The position numbers were made by a program, and so were the translations under genes. The notes under the pieces were generated by a model, which was not told the origin of the DNA, did no database searches, and saw nothing but the letters and a program-made list of their open reading frames with translations. Below, piece by piece: positions 1-10,496 of a DNA stretch of 64,000 nt (its first letter is position 1; each line of letters starts with the position of its first letter). The DNA is from a virus, in IMG/VR virus record IMGVR_UViG_3300006076_000001, positions 1 through 64,000 of that record. The stretch is one strand, 5' to 3'.

Positions 1-155
1 GGTTGTTTTAAATCTTGTCTATACCATTTAACTATCTTTCCATTTTCGTCTAAATCAAATTGAGCTACTTCAGGTTTACATAATTCTGAAATAGCTTTAC
101 AAACTAATGGAAATCTTTGATTGTGATTTTGAATTTGAAAACTATAAACTAACAT
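1..155 (-). CDS. Partial hypothetical protein downstream of the tailspike (possible tail fibre accessory); runs off the window
   Basis: ATG at 155 preceded by AAGGAG; open frame MLVYSFQIQNHNQRFPLVCKAISELCKPEVAQFDLDENGKIVKWYRQDLKQ to the window edge; not in the ORF track. Confidence 0.6.
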   Translation of the reverse strand, partial: MLVYSFQIQNHNQRFPLVCKAISELCKPEVAQFDLDENGKIVKWYRQDLKQ

Positions 156-168
156 TATTTACTCCTTA

Positions 169-1818
169 TCATTTTATAATAATACCATCATTTGTCCAAC
201 TATTTTCATTATTACTTATAGTAGATAAATTAGAACCTGATGCTCTAATTATTGAAGCATTAGTTGAGTTAGCATCTGCATTATCACTTGTTACATTAAA
301 GTTTTCTGCATTAATATAACTAAAATTATCTGCTTCAACAGCATGGGTAGAAATCCCTTCGCTCGTATTATTCCATCCTCTAATTGTTGAATTATTGATA
401 GCACTCATTGCATATTCTGCATTTTTTAAAGTAGAACCAGCGCTTTCTATTAATCCACAACTATCGGCTCTTAAACACCATTTCCCCCTACCCTGCCCAT
501 CAACCGTAACTGGTGATGCATAAACATATGAATTATGTAAAGCTAATATACCACTATCCCCGAAATTGCTCACAGTTGTATTAGAACAATGTATTCTGCT
601 TTGAGCATCAGCAGCTATTCCGTTTATAAATCCTGAAATTGTTGAATTGCTACAATCACAAAAGCTATTGTCAAATGTATTTACACCGCAACTATAAACA
701 TCATGGTTAGAAGTCAAAGTAGCAGTAATTCCTATCGCCCACATTACTGAATTTGTAAACACTCTAATAGGACTTAGACACTCTGTGAATACCCATCCAT
801 CGCAGTGAACTCTACTGTGTTCAAAAGCACTAATTGCATAGCTCATATTTTTAACTTCACAATCCGAGTTCCAAGAAGCAAAAACGCTTTTATTATGTAA
901 TTGAATAAATTCTCTAACATTACTATTTACCCAATCCTGATTTTTATCAGAAAAATCCAATCCTCCATCAAATGTCAGATTTTCAAATCTTATGTATACA
1001 TTATTATAACACTCAAATAATACACCATTAAAATCCATTGTAATAGTAACTTTAGTTTTGTCTTGTGACTGACTTCTTATAATTAACCAATAATCCCATT
1101 CTCCTAAATTTCTTAAATGAATGGTTTCATTAAATGTATAAGTACCATCTTCTAATTCAATAATAACAGGACTTAAAAATTTTTTTCTATTTACAGTATT
1201 AATTGCATCTAAAAATTCAGTTGTATTTGACACTGTTATTGTTGTTAATCCATCATATACACCTATCTGACCAATGGTTTTTCCTCTCCACAAATCAGCA
1301 TCAAGTCCACTCCCTATGCCATCTACATTTTTAAGTTTAGAAAGAAGTGTATTACTATCAAGAGTATTTAAAGTTTCATCAACTAATGTGTGATATACAC
1401 CATCACCATAATCAAGTTTCCATTTATCATTTAATTCATCAAAAATTAATTTTGCTGGTTTAAGGCTACCTCTATCTATTTCAATACCAGCTGTACCCTT
1501 AGTAACACCAGAACCTGTTTCACCTGCATTTAAAACAACTATATTATCTTTAACCTCTGTGTCTGTAGTTTGAATTTTAGTAGTATCACCAGTAATTGTA
1601 AGTTCACCATCTATTACAAAATTACCTGCTACCTTTGTACCACCTCTAATTTCAATAGTCCCATTATTATCTTGTAACACTTGATTAACAGCACTGTATA
1701 AATCTTCATAATTTTGATTTACTTGTTTAACTGGTCTATTAGTAACAGATGCTGTTACCTCTTCTCCGTCCTGAATCCATTTTATTGATGCATTTGTTTT
1801 TTTAATATCATTTGCCAT
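169..1818 (-). CDS. Tail fibre/tailspike (receptor-binding) protein with C-terminal right-handed beta-helix
   Basis: N-terminal fibre-like segment (DNIVVLNAG..GIEIDRG, GSGLDAD) followed by about 22-aa parallel beta-helix repeats (GIxAxxxSxI); located after the baseplate genes. Confidence 0.75.
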   Translation of the reverse strand: MANDIKKTNASIKWIQDGEEVTASVTNRPVKQVNQNYEDLYSAVNQVLQDNNGTIEIRGGTKVAGNFVIDGELTITGDTTKIQTTDTEVKDNIVVLNAGETGSGVTKGTAGIEIDRGSLKPAKLIFDELNDKWKLDYGDGVYHTLVDETLNTLDSNTLLSKLKNVDGIGSGLDADLWRGKTIGQIGVYDGLTTITVSNTTEFLDAINTVNRKKFLSPVIIELEDGTYTFNETIHLRNLGEWDYWLIIRSQSQDKTKVTITMDFNGVLFECYNNVYIRFENLTFDGGLDFSDKNQDWVNSNVREFIQLHNKSVFASWNSDCEVKNMSYAISAFEHSRVHCDGWVFTECLSPIRVFTNSVMWAIGITATLTSNHDVYSCGVNTFDNSFCDCSNSTISGFINGIAADAQSRIHCSNTTVSNFGDSGILALHNSYVYASPVTVDGQGRGKWCLRADSCGLIESAGSTLKNAEYAMSAINNSTIRGWNNTSEGISTHAVEADNFSYINAENFNVTSDNADANSTNASIIRASGSNLSTISNNENSWTNDGIIIK

Positions 1819-1834
1819 TTACCTGCTCCTTTTA

Positions 1835-2338
1835 TTAAAACTTAATAGTCCAAGTGAAAATAAATGCTCTTGTATTATTTTTAGTAATTACAGTAAATGT
1901 TTTATGAGAAAACATTTCATCTTTACCATTAAATAAACCAGCCTCACTAATAGGGTATTCACCATCATTTAGATTAGCTTCATTCTCTGATAATATAACT
2001 TTAAACACCACATCATAAGACCCTGATTTTGTGATAGAATCAGCATTTTTAGTATAAATAAGGTTACTGTTTGTTTCATATAACTTAGTATCATTTACAG
2101 TAGGCGATTTAACATTACCATTAGAATCTACACCTTTAGTACCAAATTTAAATTTAATAATTGGTTTATTAGTAGTGTCCCCAGCAACCATATCTCTAAG
2201 AATCGTTCTAGCTTTATTAACAATAAGGTTGTGGTCTTCTACTAATACTTTAGTTGAGCCATCTGGTAATATTTCCTCAACCTTAAAAATCCCCTCTAAA
2301 GGTTGTTTTTCTATCTTATCTTGAAATTGCATTATCAA
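1835..2338 (-). CDS. Tail fibre collar/baseplate attachment protein
   Basis: HNLIVN...R, ISEAGLF..G.MFS.KTF..I.K pattern typical of tail-collar/fibre N-terminal domains. Confidence 0.65.
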   Translation of the reverse strand: MIMQFQDKIEKQPLEGIFKVEEILPDGSTKVLVEDHNLIVNKARTILRDMVAGDTTNKPIIKFKFGTKGVDSNGNVKSPTVNDTKLYETNSNLIYTKNADSITKSGSYDVVFKVILSENEANLNDGEYPISEAGLFNGKDEMFSHKTFTVITKNNTRAFIFTWTIKF

Positions 2339-2350
2339 ACTCCTTTTAAT

Positions 2351-3922
2351 TTAGATTGAATTTGTGCTTGTTTTTCTAAAAACGATTTTATCATACTTTA
2401 ATTTATTGTCACCATCGTTATACACTATTGGGTCATAAAACTTATCTTGTTTGTATGTCCCATTATATTTAGCACCCTCCCCAAACTTAGCTGGAGTTTT
2501 ATTATACTGAGTATAATTTAAATTTTCTGATTTGTTAAAGATATAGTTGTCTTTATCAGTCTGTTTATAGTTACTATGTAAAGTTTCTGACTTACTAAAA
2601 GTATAACTATCTTCATAAACTTCAGATAACACTACCTTTAAAATACCTGTTTTATTTTTATCATAAACATCAGTAAATAAAAATGAAACTTCTATATCAA
2701 AAGAATCTATAAGGTAAGGTGTGTCCTCTTCACAGTAGCCATAAACAGCTCCTCTATGTTTATAAACATCATCATTCCCATACGATATCCCTTTATATTT
2801 AGTAGGGTCATCGTTATTAGGGTCATTATCACAATTAGCTTTATACCATTGTCTTAAGTCCTCCGTATATGACACCTTAACAAGAGTATGTAGGGACTCT
2901 TTAACATCATAAGGATACTCTTCATCGATTCTTTGTTTAATTATTGTATATAAAGATTCGGTAACTCTATTTAAAGTATCAAAAAAATCGGAATCATTCT
3001 GATAAACTTTTTGCATACAAAAATCAAAAATGTATGGGTAAAGACCCTCACAACACGGAACATCATTGTGAGGAGTTGAAGTGCATAATCTATAACTTAT
3101 TTTATTCCAACCAAATTTCACTTTTTTGATATTATCTCTTGTATATTTTACTCCGTCTTGACCGAAATGATAAATAATATTAGTCACATCACCACCATAT
3201 TTTAAACCAGTACCATATTTCTTATGTGAAGTTGTATAAAAAAACCGCCACCCACAATTTAGTTCCCCATAAAAATGAGCTAGATTATCTAAATCTGATT
3301 GATATACCTCGGTATGTAACTCTTCCAAAAGTTTTTCTAAAGTTTCAAAAATGTCTTGTCCTGTAACATATAAATAAGTTGCTCCAAAATAAACACAGAC
3401 ATAAACAAGGTATTGTCTCAAATCAATCAATATATCTTGTAATTTAAATATTTCTTCGTCTGAATAATTTAGAGTATCCATATTTATATAAACTTTTGAA
3501 ATGAGTTCACATTCTCCTACTTCTTCTTGATTTCTAATATAATCTCTATCTAAAGTATTATCAGTTAAAAACATATTCGGATTTTGAATAAAATCGATAT
3601 CCAAATCAAAAATGTTTAAAGCCCATTTAAGTAGGTTTTTAGTACCTTTTAAATTAATAAGAGTTTTTAAAAAGTTAGGGTCTTTAAGTTGAAATAATAC
3701 CTTGCTAGGAAACAATTGGTCTAACTTAAATTCTTCTATATAAGAATCAATGTTATCCCATAATGAGATACCATTATTAATATCATCGTTTATTTTGTGA
3801 ATAAATCCCTCTAAAAGAGCCATAGTATTAGGCTCTAATTTATCTAAAAGCTCTTTGTATTCATCTGAATTTTCTCTAAATTTTATATAAACTCTCGGAG
3901 TTAAAAACACTTCTTTTGACAT
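2351..3922 (-). CDS. Putative baseplate wedge/structural protein
   Basis: Follows the gp6-like wedge gene; NLKGTK motif and Y/G-rich short repeats; synteny. Confidence 0.45.
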   Translation of the reverse strand: MSKEVFLTPRVYIKFRENSDEYKELLDKLEPNTMALLEGFIHKINDDINNGISLWDNIDSYIEEFKLDQLFPSKVLFQLKDPNFLKTLINLKGTKNLLKWALNIFDLDIDFIQNPNMFLTDNTLDRDYIRNQEEVGECELISKVYINMDTLNYSDEEIFKLQDILIDLRQYLVYVCVYFGATYLYVTGQDIFETLEKLLEELHTEVYQSDLDNLAHFYGELNCGWRFFYTTSHKKYGTGLKYGGDVTNIIYHFGQDGVKYTRDNIKKVKFGWNKISYRLCTSTPHNDVPCCEGLYPYIFDFCMQKVYQNDSDFFDTLNRVTESLYTIIKQRIDEEYPYDVKESLHTLVKVSYTEDLRQWYKANCDNDPNNDDPTKYKGISYGNDDVYKHRGAVYGYCEEDTPYLIDSFDIEVSFLFTDVYDKNKTGILKVVLSEVYEDSYTFSKSETLHSNYKQTDKDNYIFNKSENLNYTQYNKTPAKFGEGAKYNGTYKQDKFYDPIVYNDGDNKLKYDKIVFRKTSTNSI

Positions 3923-3926
3923 TTTC

Positions 3927-5567
3927 TTACCCCATTACTTCTATTTCTATCTCTGTATTAAACTTAAGGTAATTTTTACCATCAATCTCAATGTCAAATG
4001 GCTCTTGTTGCGGTAACACAAATAAAACCTGTGAAATCGCTCCTATTTTTGCTAATAATTCTCCATAATAGAAATTCTTTCTCAATTGTAACTCATACTC
4101 AGAAATAAGACTTTTTATTTCATCTTTAACTAAATCAATGTCTGCTGTTTTATCAACCTTAACCAGTAATTTCAAATCTTTTTCTATTTTTTGAGCTGGT
4201 AAAAAAATAATATTAGTTCCTGCCATTTGATACTGCATAAAATAATCAGAAAGGTCAGATTGTTCTTTATCAGTAAAGATGATTGGGTCATCAATAGTAT
4301 TATACTTAATATAATAACATAACAGAGTGCAACAAATAGGTTTAACATTTTGTCTAACATTTTCTAAACTAAGAGAAGCATCTACAGAAACATTTTTATC
4401 AAAGTCAAGTCTTGTATTTACATTTTCTATCTCTACATAATTATCAGTATAAGAAGCTTTAATCAAAGTGTTATTTTTAATGGCATTGTAAATTCTTTCA
4501 TACCTTACAGATAATGAGTCTTCATTATTAACAGAAATAGTGTATAAAGTCCCGTAAATAATAACATTATATTGCAAGTTACTACTATTTACGATTTTAA
4601 TTCTTTTAATCCCTTTAACACCCTCTTCTCTTTTAAAATAAACATCTTTAAATAAAGGATTTGCTAAAGCAATATAGGTATAATCTTTTAAAGTAACTGC
4701 TCTTCTTAAAGTATGATAATAATATGGAATTAAATTTTTTACTTTTAAAAGAGAATCACCATAAGTCCCTAAATGAGCTACATCTAAAACAATAAAGTCC
4801 TCATTATTCAAAGACACTTTATTTATATCAAAGTCTGGGTCATAACCATCAGTTTCCACCCATTTAATTGTATAATTTTGTTGAATATTATCTGGGTCTA
4901 TACCAAAATTTGAGTCTTTATCAAAGACATAAACTATTGTAGAAAATTTAGTATTAGAAAATTCAGTTGCCTGTCTGTTAATTAAATAATCTTCTGGATT
5001 TCTTGAAATTATGCCTTGTTGAGTCCCATCAATAAATAAAGCAATCTGATTATTAACACTTTTTAGATGCTCTGGATTTATAGTAACTTTTTCTATTGTA
5101 GAAAAGTCCTCTTTATTTTTAGTAATAGAATTAATTATACCAATAGAAATTGATTCTAAAATATCACCCTGTTCGTATTTTTTCTGTCTTCCTGTATAAA
5201 TAACTTCATATTTATCTCCATAAGTACCTATCACCTCCCCATACGATAAAGAAATTGTATCTCTACCAAGATACTTAACCTGAATTTGAGGAGCTGTAAA
5301 TCTATTTATGTTGTATCCGAACATATAAGCGAAATTATAGATTGAAGTGTCTAAAGTAGCTGTAGATAAATAGAACTCTTCTCTTGTTCTTCTTAACTTT
5401 TGAGCTAAATAAACTGCATAAGATGATGCAACTCTTTCAATTAAGTCTATTGTAGAAGCTGGTATTGTCTCTTGTATATCAGAAAATGTGTCTAACTTTT
5501 TAAGATAGTTATCTAAATCCTGTTTTATGATATCAAAATCAATGTGATTCAAATCAATTATATCCAT
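3927..5567 (-). CDS. Baseplate wedge subunit (T4 gp6/baseplate J-like)
   Basis: DFDxIKxxL at the N-terminus, ExYLSTA..SI..A...GY, and RAVTxxDY motifs. Confidence 0.8.
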   Translation of the reverse strand: MDIIDLNHIDFDIIKQDLDNYLKKLDTFSDIQETIPASTIDLIERVASSYAVYLAQKLRRTREEFYLSTATLDTSIYNFAYMFGYNINRFTAPQIQVKYLGRDTISLSYGEVIGTYGDKYEVIYTGRQKKYEQGDILESISIGIINSITKNKEDFSTIEKVTINPEHLKSVNNQIALFIDGTQQGIISRNPEDYLINRQATEFSNTKFSTIVYVFDKDSNFGIDPDNIQQNYTIKWVETDGYDPDFDINKVSLNNEDFIVLDVAHLGTYGDSLLKVKNLIPYYYHTLRRAVTLKDYTYIALANPLFKDVYFKREEGVKGIKRIKIVNSSNLQYNVIIYGTLYTISVNNEDSLSVRYERIYNAIKNNTLIKASYTDNYVEIENVNTRLDFDKNVSVDASLSLENVRQNVKPICCTLLCYYIKYNTIDDPIIFTDKEQSDLSDYFMQYQMAGTNIIFLPAQKIEKDLKLLVKVDKTADIDLVKDEIKSLISEYELQLRKNFYYGELLAKIGAISQVLFVLPQQEPFDIEIDGKNYLKFNTEIEIEVMG

Positions 5568-5570
5568 AAA

Positions 5571-5930
5571 CTACCTCCCTCTATTAACATTAATATTCAC
5601 TGTAGTATCTATTGTAGCTGGTAATCCCTTAGCTGTCAATTTAACATTAATATATAAAATTTGATTGTTATAATCTTTATAATTAGATATAGATATAATT
5701 TTAACTCCTCTAAGCCATCTTGTCAATGCTCTTTTAACTTCCATATTTATAAGCTTTTCTGTTCTGGTATCATATGGCTCAAATAAATACCTTTCTAAAA
5801 ATGACCCAAAAGCTCTATTTGATGGGACTTCCCCCACCTGAGTTAATAAAATGTTTCTAATGTAATTTTTATAAGCTTCCTCATCTTTTAAAATTATTCC
5901 GTTATCTGCTATATCTTTATATCTATCCAT
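5571..5930 (-). CDS. Baseplate wedge subunit gp25-like
   Basis: IRNILLTxxGE.P..xFGS.L..LFEP motif. Confidence 0.85.
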   Translation of the reverse strand: MDRYKDIADNGIILKDEEAYKNYIRNILLTQVGEVPSNRAFGSFLERYLFEPYDTRTEKLINMEVKRALTRWLRGVKIISISNYKDYNNQILYINVKLTAKGLPATIDTTVNINVNRGR

Positions 5931-5963
5931 AGATTACCAACTCCTATTATATATTTATTCATA

Positions 5964-6251
5964 CTAAGCAAAACTGGAGGTAGAAGCTGTAGCCACAACC
6001 GACCCACAACTAATTGCATCACCTATTCTTGAAACTGGACTACCATTAACCTTAATGGTAGGAGACCCTCCCGCTTGTGATGCTCCGTGTGGTGAAGTAT
6101 GGGGACAAGCGTGAGGAGCATAAGAGTCTCCTACCCTTGAAACTGGTATCCCATCTACAAAAACATTTGGAGAAGATGTTACAATAGGTCTAGGAGGATA
6201 ACAACTATGACCTGACCCAATGTCTCCTAATCTTTCTATTGGTTTACCCAT
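5964..6251 (-). CDS. PAAR-repeat spike tip protein (gp5.4-like)
   Basis: RLGD..GH, SPNVFVDGIPVSRVGD, VNGSPVSRIGD..CG. Confidence 0.92.
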   Translation of the reverse strand: MGKPIERLGDIGSGHSCYPPRPIVTSSPNVFVDGIPVSRVGDSYAPHACPHTSPHGASQAGGSPTIKVNGSPVSRIGDAISCGSVVATASTSSFA

Positions 6252-6263
6252 ATCTTAAACTCC

Positions 6264-7013
6264 CTAATTATGAGAAATAGTTGATGCGGTAGTAGAATCA
6301 CTACCAGCTACATTTAATGAATTATTGCCACCAACCATTGTAGATTTATTACCCCCAACTATGTCTGTTCTATTTCCTAAAGTAATAAAGTCTGAATTAC
6401 CTCTAACATTCATAGTAAAGTCCCCATCAACTACCCATTTAACAGACCCAGCCACTTTCATTGTAACATTACCATCACCATCAATTTTCAAATGAGTTCC
6501 ACTATGATGAACTAATTCTATCTTACCAGATAATAAATCTACCCTAAACCAATCTCCATTTGGGTTAATTACCCCGTAAGAGTATGGGTAATTTTGTTTA
6601 AGTGTATAATGTGCGTCCTCTATATTGACTGGTATAGTAGATACACCTACTGCAACTGGCTCTGGAACTACAATTACCTCTTTTGGAGAATTAAAATCCA
6701 GATGTGAAACTTTAGGATTATCAGAAGCTTTATTATTAGCTCCAGAAGTCATAACACTTTGATGTATATTTTCCTGATTAGAAATTATTGTTTCCAATTG
6801 GTTATTAAACTCTTTGTTTATCTCTTTATTCGGTGATTCTGAATCATCAAAGATGTTTTTATCAAACTTGTTTAATTCATCATCGATTTGAGATATTTCA
6901 TCATCAGTCCAGCCTTTTTCTTTTAAAGCCTGTATTAATTTCTCTTTTAGATTACAATTTTGTAGCTTCTCTTTTAAAGAAGCATTAACTGATGCTTTAT
7001 CAAACTCCATCAT
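6264..7013 (-). CDS. Baseplate central spike, C-terminal beta-helix part (gp5-C-like)
   Basis: YPY...HHSGT..IDGDG followed by 8-residue VxGD/VxGN repeats; ends at ISHN next to the PAAR gene. Confidence 0.8.
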   Translation of the reverse strand: MMEFDKASVNASLKEKLQNCNLKEKLIQALKEKGWTDDEISQIDDELNKFDKNIFDDSESPNKEINKEFNNQLETIISNQENIHQSVMTSGANNKASDNPKVSHLDFNSPKEVIVVPEPVAVGVSTIPVNIEDAHYTLKQNYPYSYGVINPNGDWFRVDLLSGKIELVHHSGTHLKIDGDGNVTMKVAGSVKWVVDGDFTMNVRGNSDFITLGNRTDIVGGNKSTMVGGNNSLNVAGSDSTTASTISHN

Positions 7014-9081
7014 TATCTCCTATACAAGCAAATTTAGAACTATCTAATTTAGGTAATTCAAAATGAGGTACATTAAAATTAAGTGATAAATCTAATTTGA
7101 TATTACCAAAATCATACGGCTTACAATTTAATGCCTCTTTCAATGCTAAAATGTTGTCTATTGCTGTTTCTGCGTGTGATTTTAAAGTGTTAAAGGCTGT
7201 CTCTGCTTGAGTTTTAATAATATTACCTATATTAGAAGAGTTATCATTTAGACATTGTTCGAAGACTTTGTCCGCTTCCTCTTTAAACTCTTTAGCTTTA
7301 TCTGCTCCTAATTTTTGATGAACTGACCCAGCTAAAGTAGCTGTTAAATTAGAGTTGTAACCTTTCATTAAATTGGAATAAACATCATTAGTATTATTAG
7401 AAAAAGTTTCTTTTACTTTATCTGTAAAAGTAGACCAAGTATCAACTCCCTCAAATTGAATCAATTTATCTAAATTAGTAAGAGTTTTAATAACTCCCTT
7501 AATAACTGAAACAATGAAACATAAAATAGCTTTTATAGCACAAACAATTTGATTTAAAGTAGCAAGTAAAGCTTCGAATGGAGTAGTAAGCATAGTAAGT
7601 AAATTAGCTACAAAATTATTAGGATTTATTATATCAAGAATTGCAAGAACAGAATTACCTAAGTTCTCTATCATTCCTTTAACTTCATCTATATATTGTT
7701 GAGCTGTATCACTTACATTTGAGAAAAAATCCTTAACCAGAGACACTTTATCCTGCATAACAGATAGAAAGTCTTTTAATTTAGTGGTATATTTATTTCC
7801 AATAATGGCAAAAGGTCTTATTAATGATTGCTGAAAAGCGTAAATTTTTTCCTGTATTGATAAGATTTTATTATAAATGTTTTTGGTTTTAAGATTTAAT
7901 AAATGAAGTTTTTGGTAAATTACATCTTTTCTTTTTATCAAATCGTCTTTTTGCCCGTCAGTAATGTCATTTGTATGTTGAATAACATTTACCAAATCTG
8001 AAATCGCATTCATTTCATTCTGTATGTCTGAAATCAATTGATTTATTGTTTCTTCATCTGTTTCTGGTAATGAAAAATTATCTGGAAGCTCATCATCTGA
8101 TAAACCAATTTCTAATGCGATTTCTAAAGAAGTTTCTATGATATCATTAAATTGTAATTGTGAGTTCTCAATAAATAACCACTGAGTTAAAATCGATTGA
8201 ATGTATCCGACTTCTATTTGATTATTATGAAGTAATTCATTTAATTCTTCAATGTTAAATGTAATATAAGCGTTATTTACATAAACTACAAAAATTTGTA
8301 ACATCTGAACGAATTGTTTTCTTGTAAGATTATAACATTTTTGAATTGGTAAATTATTTATTATTTTTTGATAGAAATCAGATGGTAAAATCAATTTATT
8401 TGAATAATAGATTTCCTCTGAATCAATATAAGTGTATATCTCTGAAAGATTATCTGTGTAATCTAAAAATAGATTATCAAATTTAGTTAATATTTGATTT
8501 TGTAAAGTTACAATTATTTTTAGCCTTGTGTATTCATCTCTATCTTTCAACCATTTCAATAACAATTTACCGATTTCTGTTTTATCGTTATTTAAACTTT
8601 CATAAATAAATTTACTATCTAAATCAATCAGTGATGGGTTATGGACTATAACTAATAAGTCATTTTTATCTAAAAGTGTTTTTTTAAGCAATTGTTTATT
8701 TAAATCAATTAAGTCATCTGTATCTTCTGCTAAAGCAAAATTAACAATTTGGGTAGTAAAAGTAATAAGTGGCATTAGTTCCTCTATGTCTGAATAAGTT
8801 TGAAATAATTTACTTAGAGTATATAGTCTTTTATGGCAAGTTGAATTTTCATCTGCATATAGATTTAAATTATCTGAAATCAATTGAGATAGTAATTGTT
8901 TGTTGTAAATGTATGAATTACAAAAATCATCAATGTAATTTGGTAAATAATTACAATCTATGTTTCCTTTGTATAAGTCTTGTAAATATTGAATCAATGG
9001 CGGAGTTGTATCTACTTTCTGATGATAGAAGCCGTATTTAATATGTTTTATACTTTCAAATATCTCATTCAAATAAACCAT
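7000..9081 (-). CDS. Hypothetical helical protein lying between the two spike halves
   Basis: 693-aa ORF with coiled-coil character and a hydrophobic/amphipathic C-terminal segment (LATLNQIVCAIKAILCFIVSVIKGVI). Confidence 0.5.
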   Translation of the reverse strand: MVYLNEIFESIKHIKYGFYHQKVDTTPPLIQYLQDLYKGNIDCNYLPNYIDDFCNSYIYNKQLLSQLISDNLNLYADENSTCHKRLYTLSKLFQTYSDIEELMPLITFTTQIVNFALAEDTDDLIDLNKQLLKKTLLDKNDLLVIVHNPSLIDLDSKFIYESLNNDKTEIGKLLLKWLKDRDEYTRLKIIVTLQNQILTKFDNLFLDYTDNLSEIYTYIDSEEIYYSNKLILPSDFYQKIINNLPIQKCYNLTRKQFVQMLQIFVVYVNNAYITFNIEELNELLHNNQIEVGYIQSILTQWLFIENSQLQFNDIIETSLEIALEIGLSDDELPDNFSLPETDEETINQLISDIQNEMNAISDLVNVIQHTNDITDGQKDDLIKRKDVIYQKLHLLNLKTKNIYNKILSIQEKIYAFQQSLIRPFAIIGNKYTTKLKDFLSVMQDKVSLVKDFFSNVSDTAQQYIDEVKGMIENLGNSVLAILDIINPNNFVANLLTMLTTPFEALLATLNQIVCAIKAILCFIVSVIKGVIKTLTNLDKLIQFEGVDTWSTFTDKVKETFSNNTNDVYSNLMKGYNSNLTATLAGSVHQKLGADKAKEFKEEADKVFEQCLNDNSSNIGNIIKTQAETAFNTLKSHAETAIDNILALKEALNCKPYDFGNIKLDLSLNFNVPHFELPKLDSSKFACIGDNDGV

Positions 9082-9083
9082 TG

Positions 9084-9410
9084 TTATCCTTTTTCTGGTG
9101 CTTTATTTGGTAACACGGCTGTAACTACTCCGTGATAAAAATCATTATCTAAAAATTTAACCAATACATAAGCCCCAATAGGTGGGACAGTGGCTGATTG
9201 ATTAACAGAGTTAGAATTAGTGGTAAGAACTGGATAAAAAGGTAATTTATCAGTCGGAATTTTATCATTAAGACCTTTTATCTTAACTCTAACCCTATAA
9301 ATAGGTGTACCCGTATCAGAAAAGCCAGTATCACTATTATCTACAATCTGTCCTATAAACTCATTCTTTAATAATCTATCAAATTCAGAATTAATAACCT
9401 CTCTATACAT
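9084..9410 (-). CDS. Baseplate spike N-terminal OB-fold protein (gp5-N-like)
   Basis: FIGQIVDN...RVRVKI.GL..IPT..LP...VPPIGAYVLVKFLDND. Confidence 0.8.
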   Translation of the reverse strand: MYREVINSEFDRLLKNEFIGQIVDNSDTGFSDTGTPIYRVRVKIKGLNDKIPTDKLPFYPVLTTNSNSVNQSATVPPIGAYVLVKFLDNDFYHGVVTAVLPNKAPEKG

Positions 9411-9425
9411 AACTTACCTTTCCTC

Positions 9426-10496
9426 CTACCTCAATGTATTACCGATTATTTTATAACTTATAGTAGAATCAGAATTAATTATCAATTGTTTCTGAGTAAT
9501 AACCCATTTTTTATTTATCTTATCCACTGATTGATATCTATCTGAGTCTATTTGTAATAAAAATGTGTCTAAAAGGTCTAATTTATCATCTGGTATCCAA
9601 CCCTGAGACAGGGTAATAATAACATTCTCAGAAAGAAAATCTACCCAGTTAGATATATTTCTAATCTTTGTTTTCCAGTATTCTTTGTAAGTATTACCTA
9701 ACCAAATGTGTGTTTTTCTCATTGCTTTGACTTCAAAATCGGAATCCACTTCCATTGGTTGATTTTTTGCTTTCTTTGTCAAATAGTCATAAACTTTAAT
9801 ATATGACCCTTTAGGAAACAGAAATTTAAATGAGTTATCAGTCTCATACCTAAATTGATGAATTTGATATTCATTATCTCCCAATTTGGTCTTAGTTAAA
9901 AATAATTTTGCTTTAGGTGGTTTGTCTAGTCTCTCTTTTAAGGCAACCATTTTTATTTCTCTATGTTTAGTTAAACATAACAACGGCGTGTCATTTTTTA
10001 AGTTAATAAAAGGTAAAATAGATTTAAGCCACATAAACTCTGATAAATTATATCTTATCCAGTTTTGTTTATCATCACTATCCAATGATGAGTCCCATTT
10101 AACTTTTATATTATTGAAAGATGTAATCACTTCTTTCAAAGTTTTTTTCTCTTTTATTTCTTGTTTTATTTCTGTTAAGAATTTATCTAAAGATAAAATA
10201 CCAGAAACAATATAATTTATCTCTTTTATATTAAGAGAATCAATAATTATGTTGTTTAACACAAACTCTAATTTTACAAAAGGGTTATCCATAAATGAAT
10301 AACTAATTTCTATTTTAGTACCACTTTTAAATTTTAAAAAGTCAAAAGACATACTCCTAAAATGAATTTCACAAATAGGAACAAATAAAATGCCCTCTTT
10401 AATTAAAAGAGAGTCAAACTCAAGAGGTGATAACTCTTTGTCTCCTATCCTAATAATCAATTGTAAATGTTTAACTTTTATCATTATGTCCCCCAT
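9426..10496 (-). CDS. Putative baseplate hub protein (gp27-like)
   Basis: Size and position immediately upstream of the OB-fold spike gene; DKQNWIRYN motif. Confidence 0.55.
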   Translation of the reverse strand: MGDIMIKVKHLQLIIRIGDKELSPLEFDSLLIKEGILFVPICEIHFRSMSFDFLKFKSGTKIEISYSFMDNPFVKLEFVLNNIIIDSLNIKEINYIVSGILSLDKFLTEIKQEIKEKKTLKEVITSFNNIKVKWDSSLDSDDKQNWIRYNLSEFMWLKSILPFINLKNDTPLLCLTKHREIKMVALKERLDKPPKAKLFLTKTKLGDNEYQIHQFRYETDNSFKFLFPKGSYIKVYDYLTKKAKNQPMEVDSDFEVKAMRKTHIWLGNTYKEYWKTKIRNISNWVDFLSENVIITLSQGWIPDDKLDLLDTFLLQIDSDRYQSVDKINKKWVITQKQLIINSDSTISYKIIGNTLR

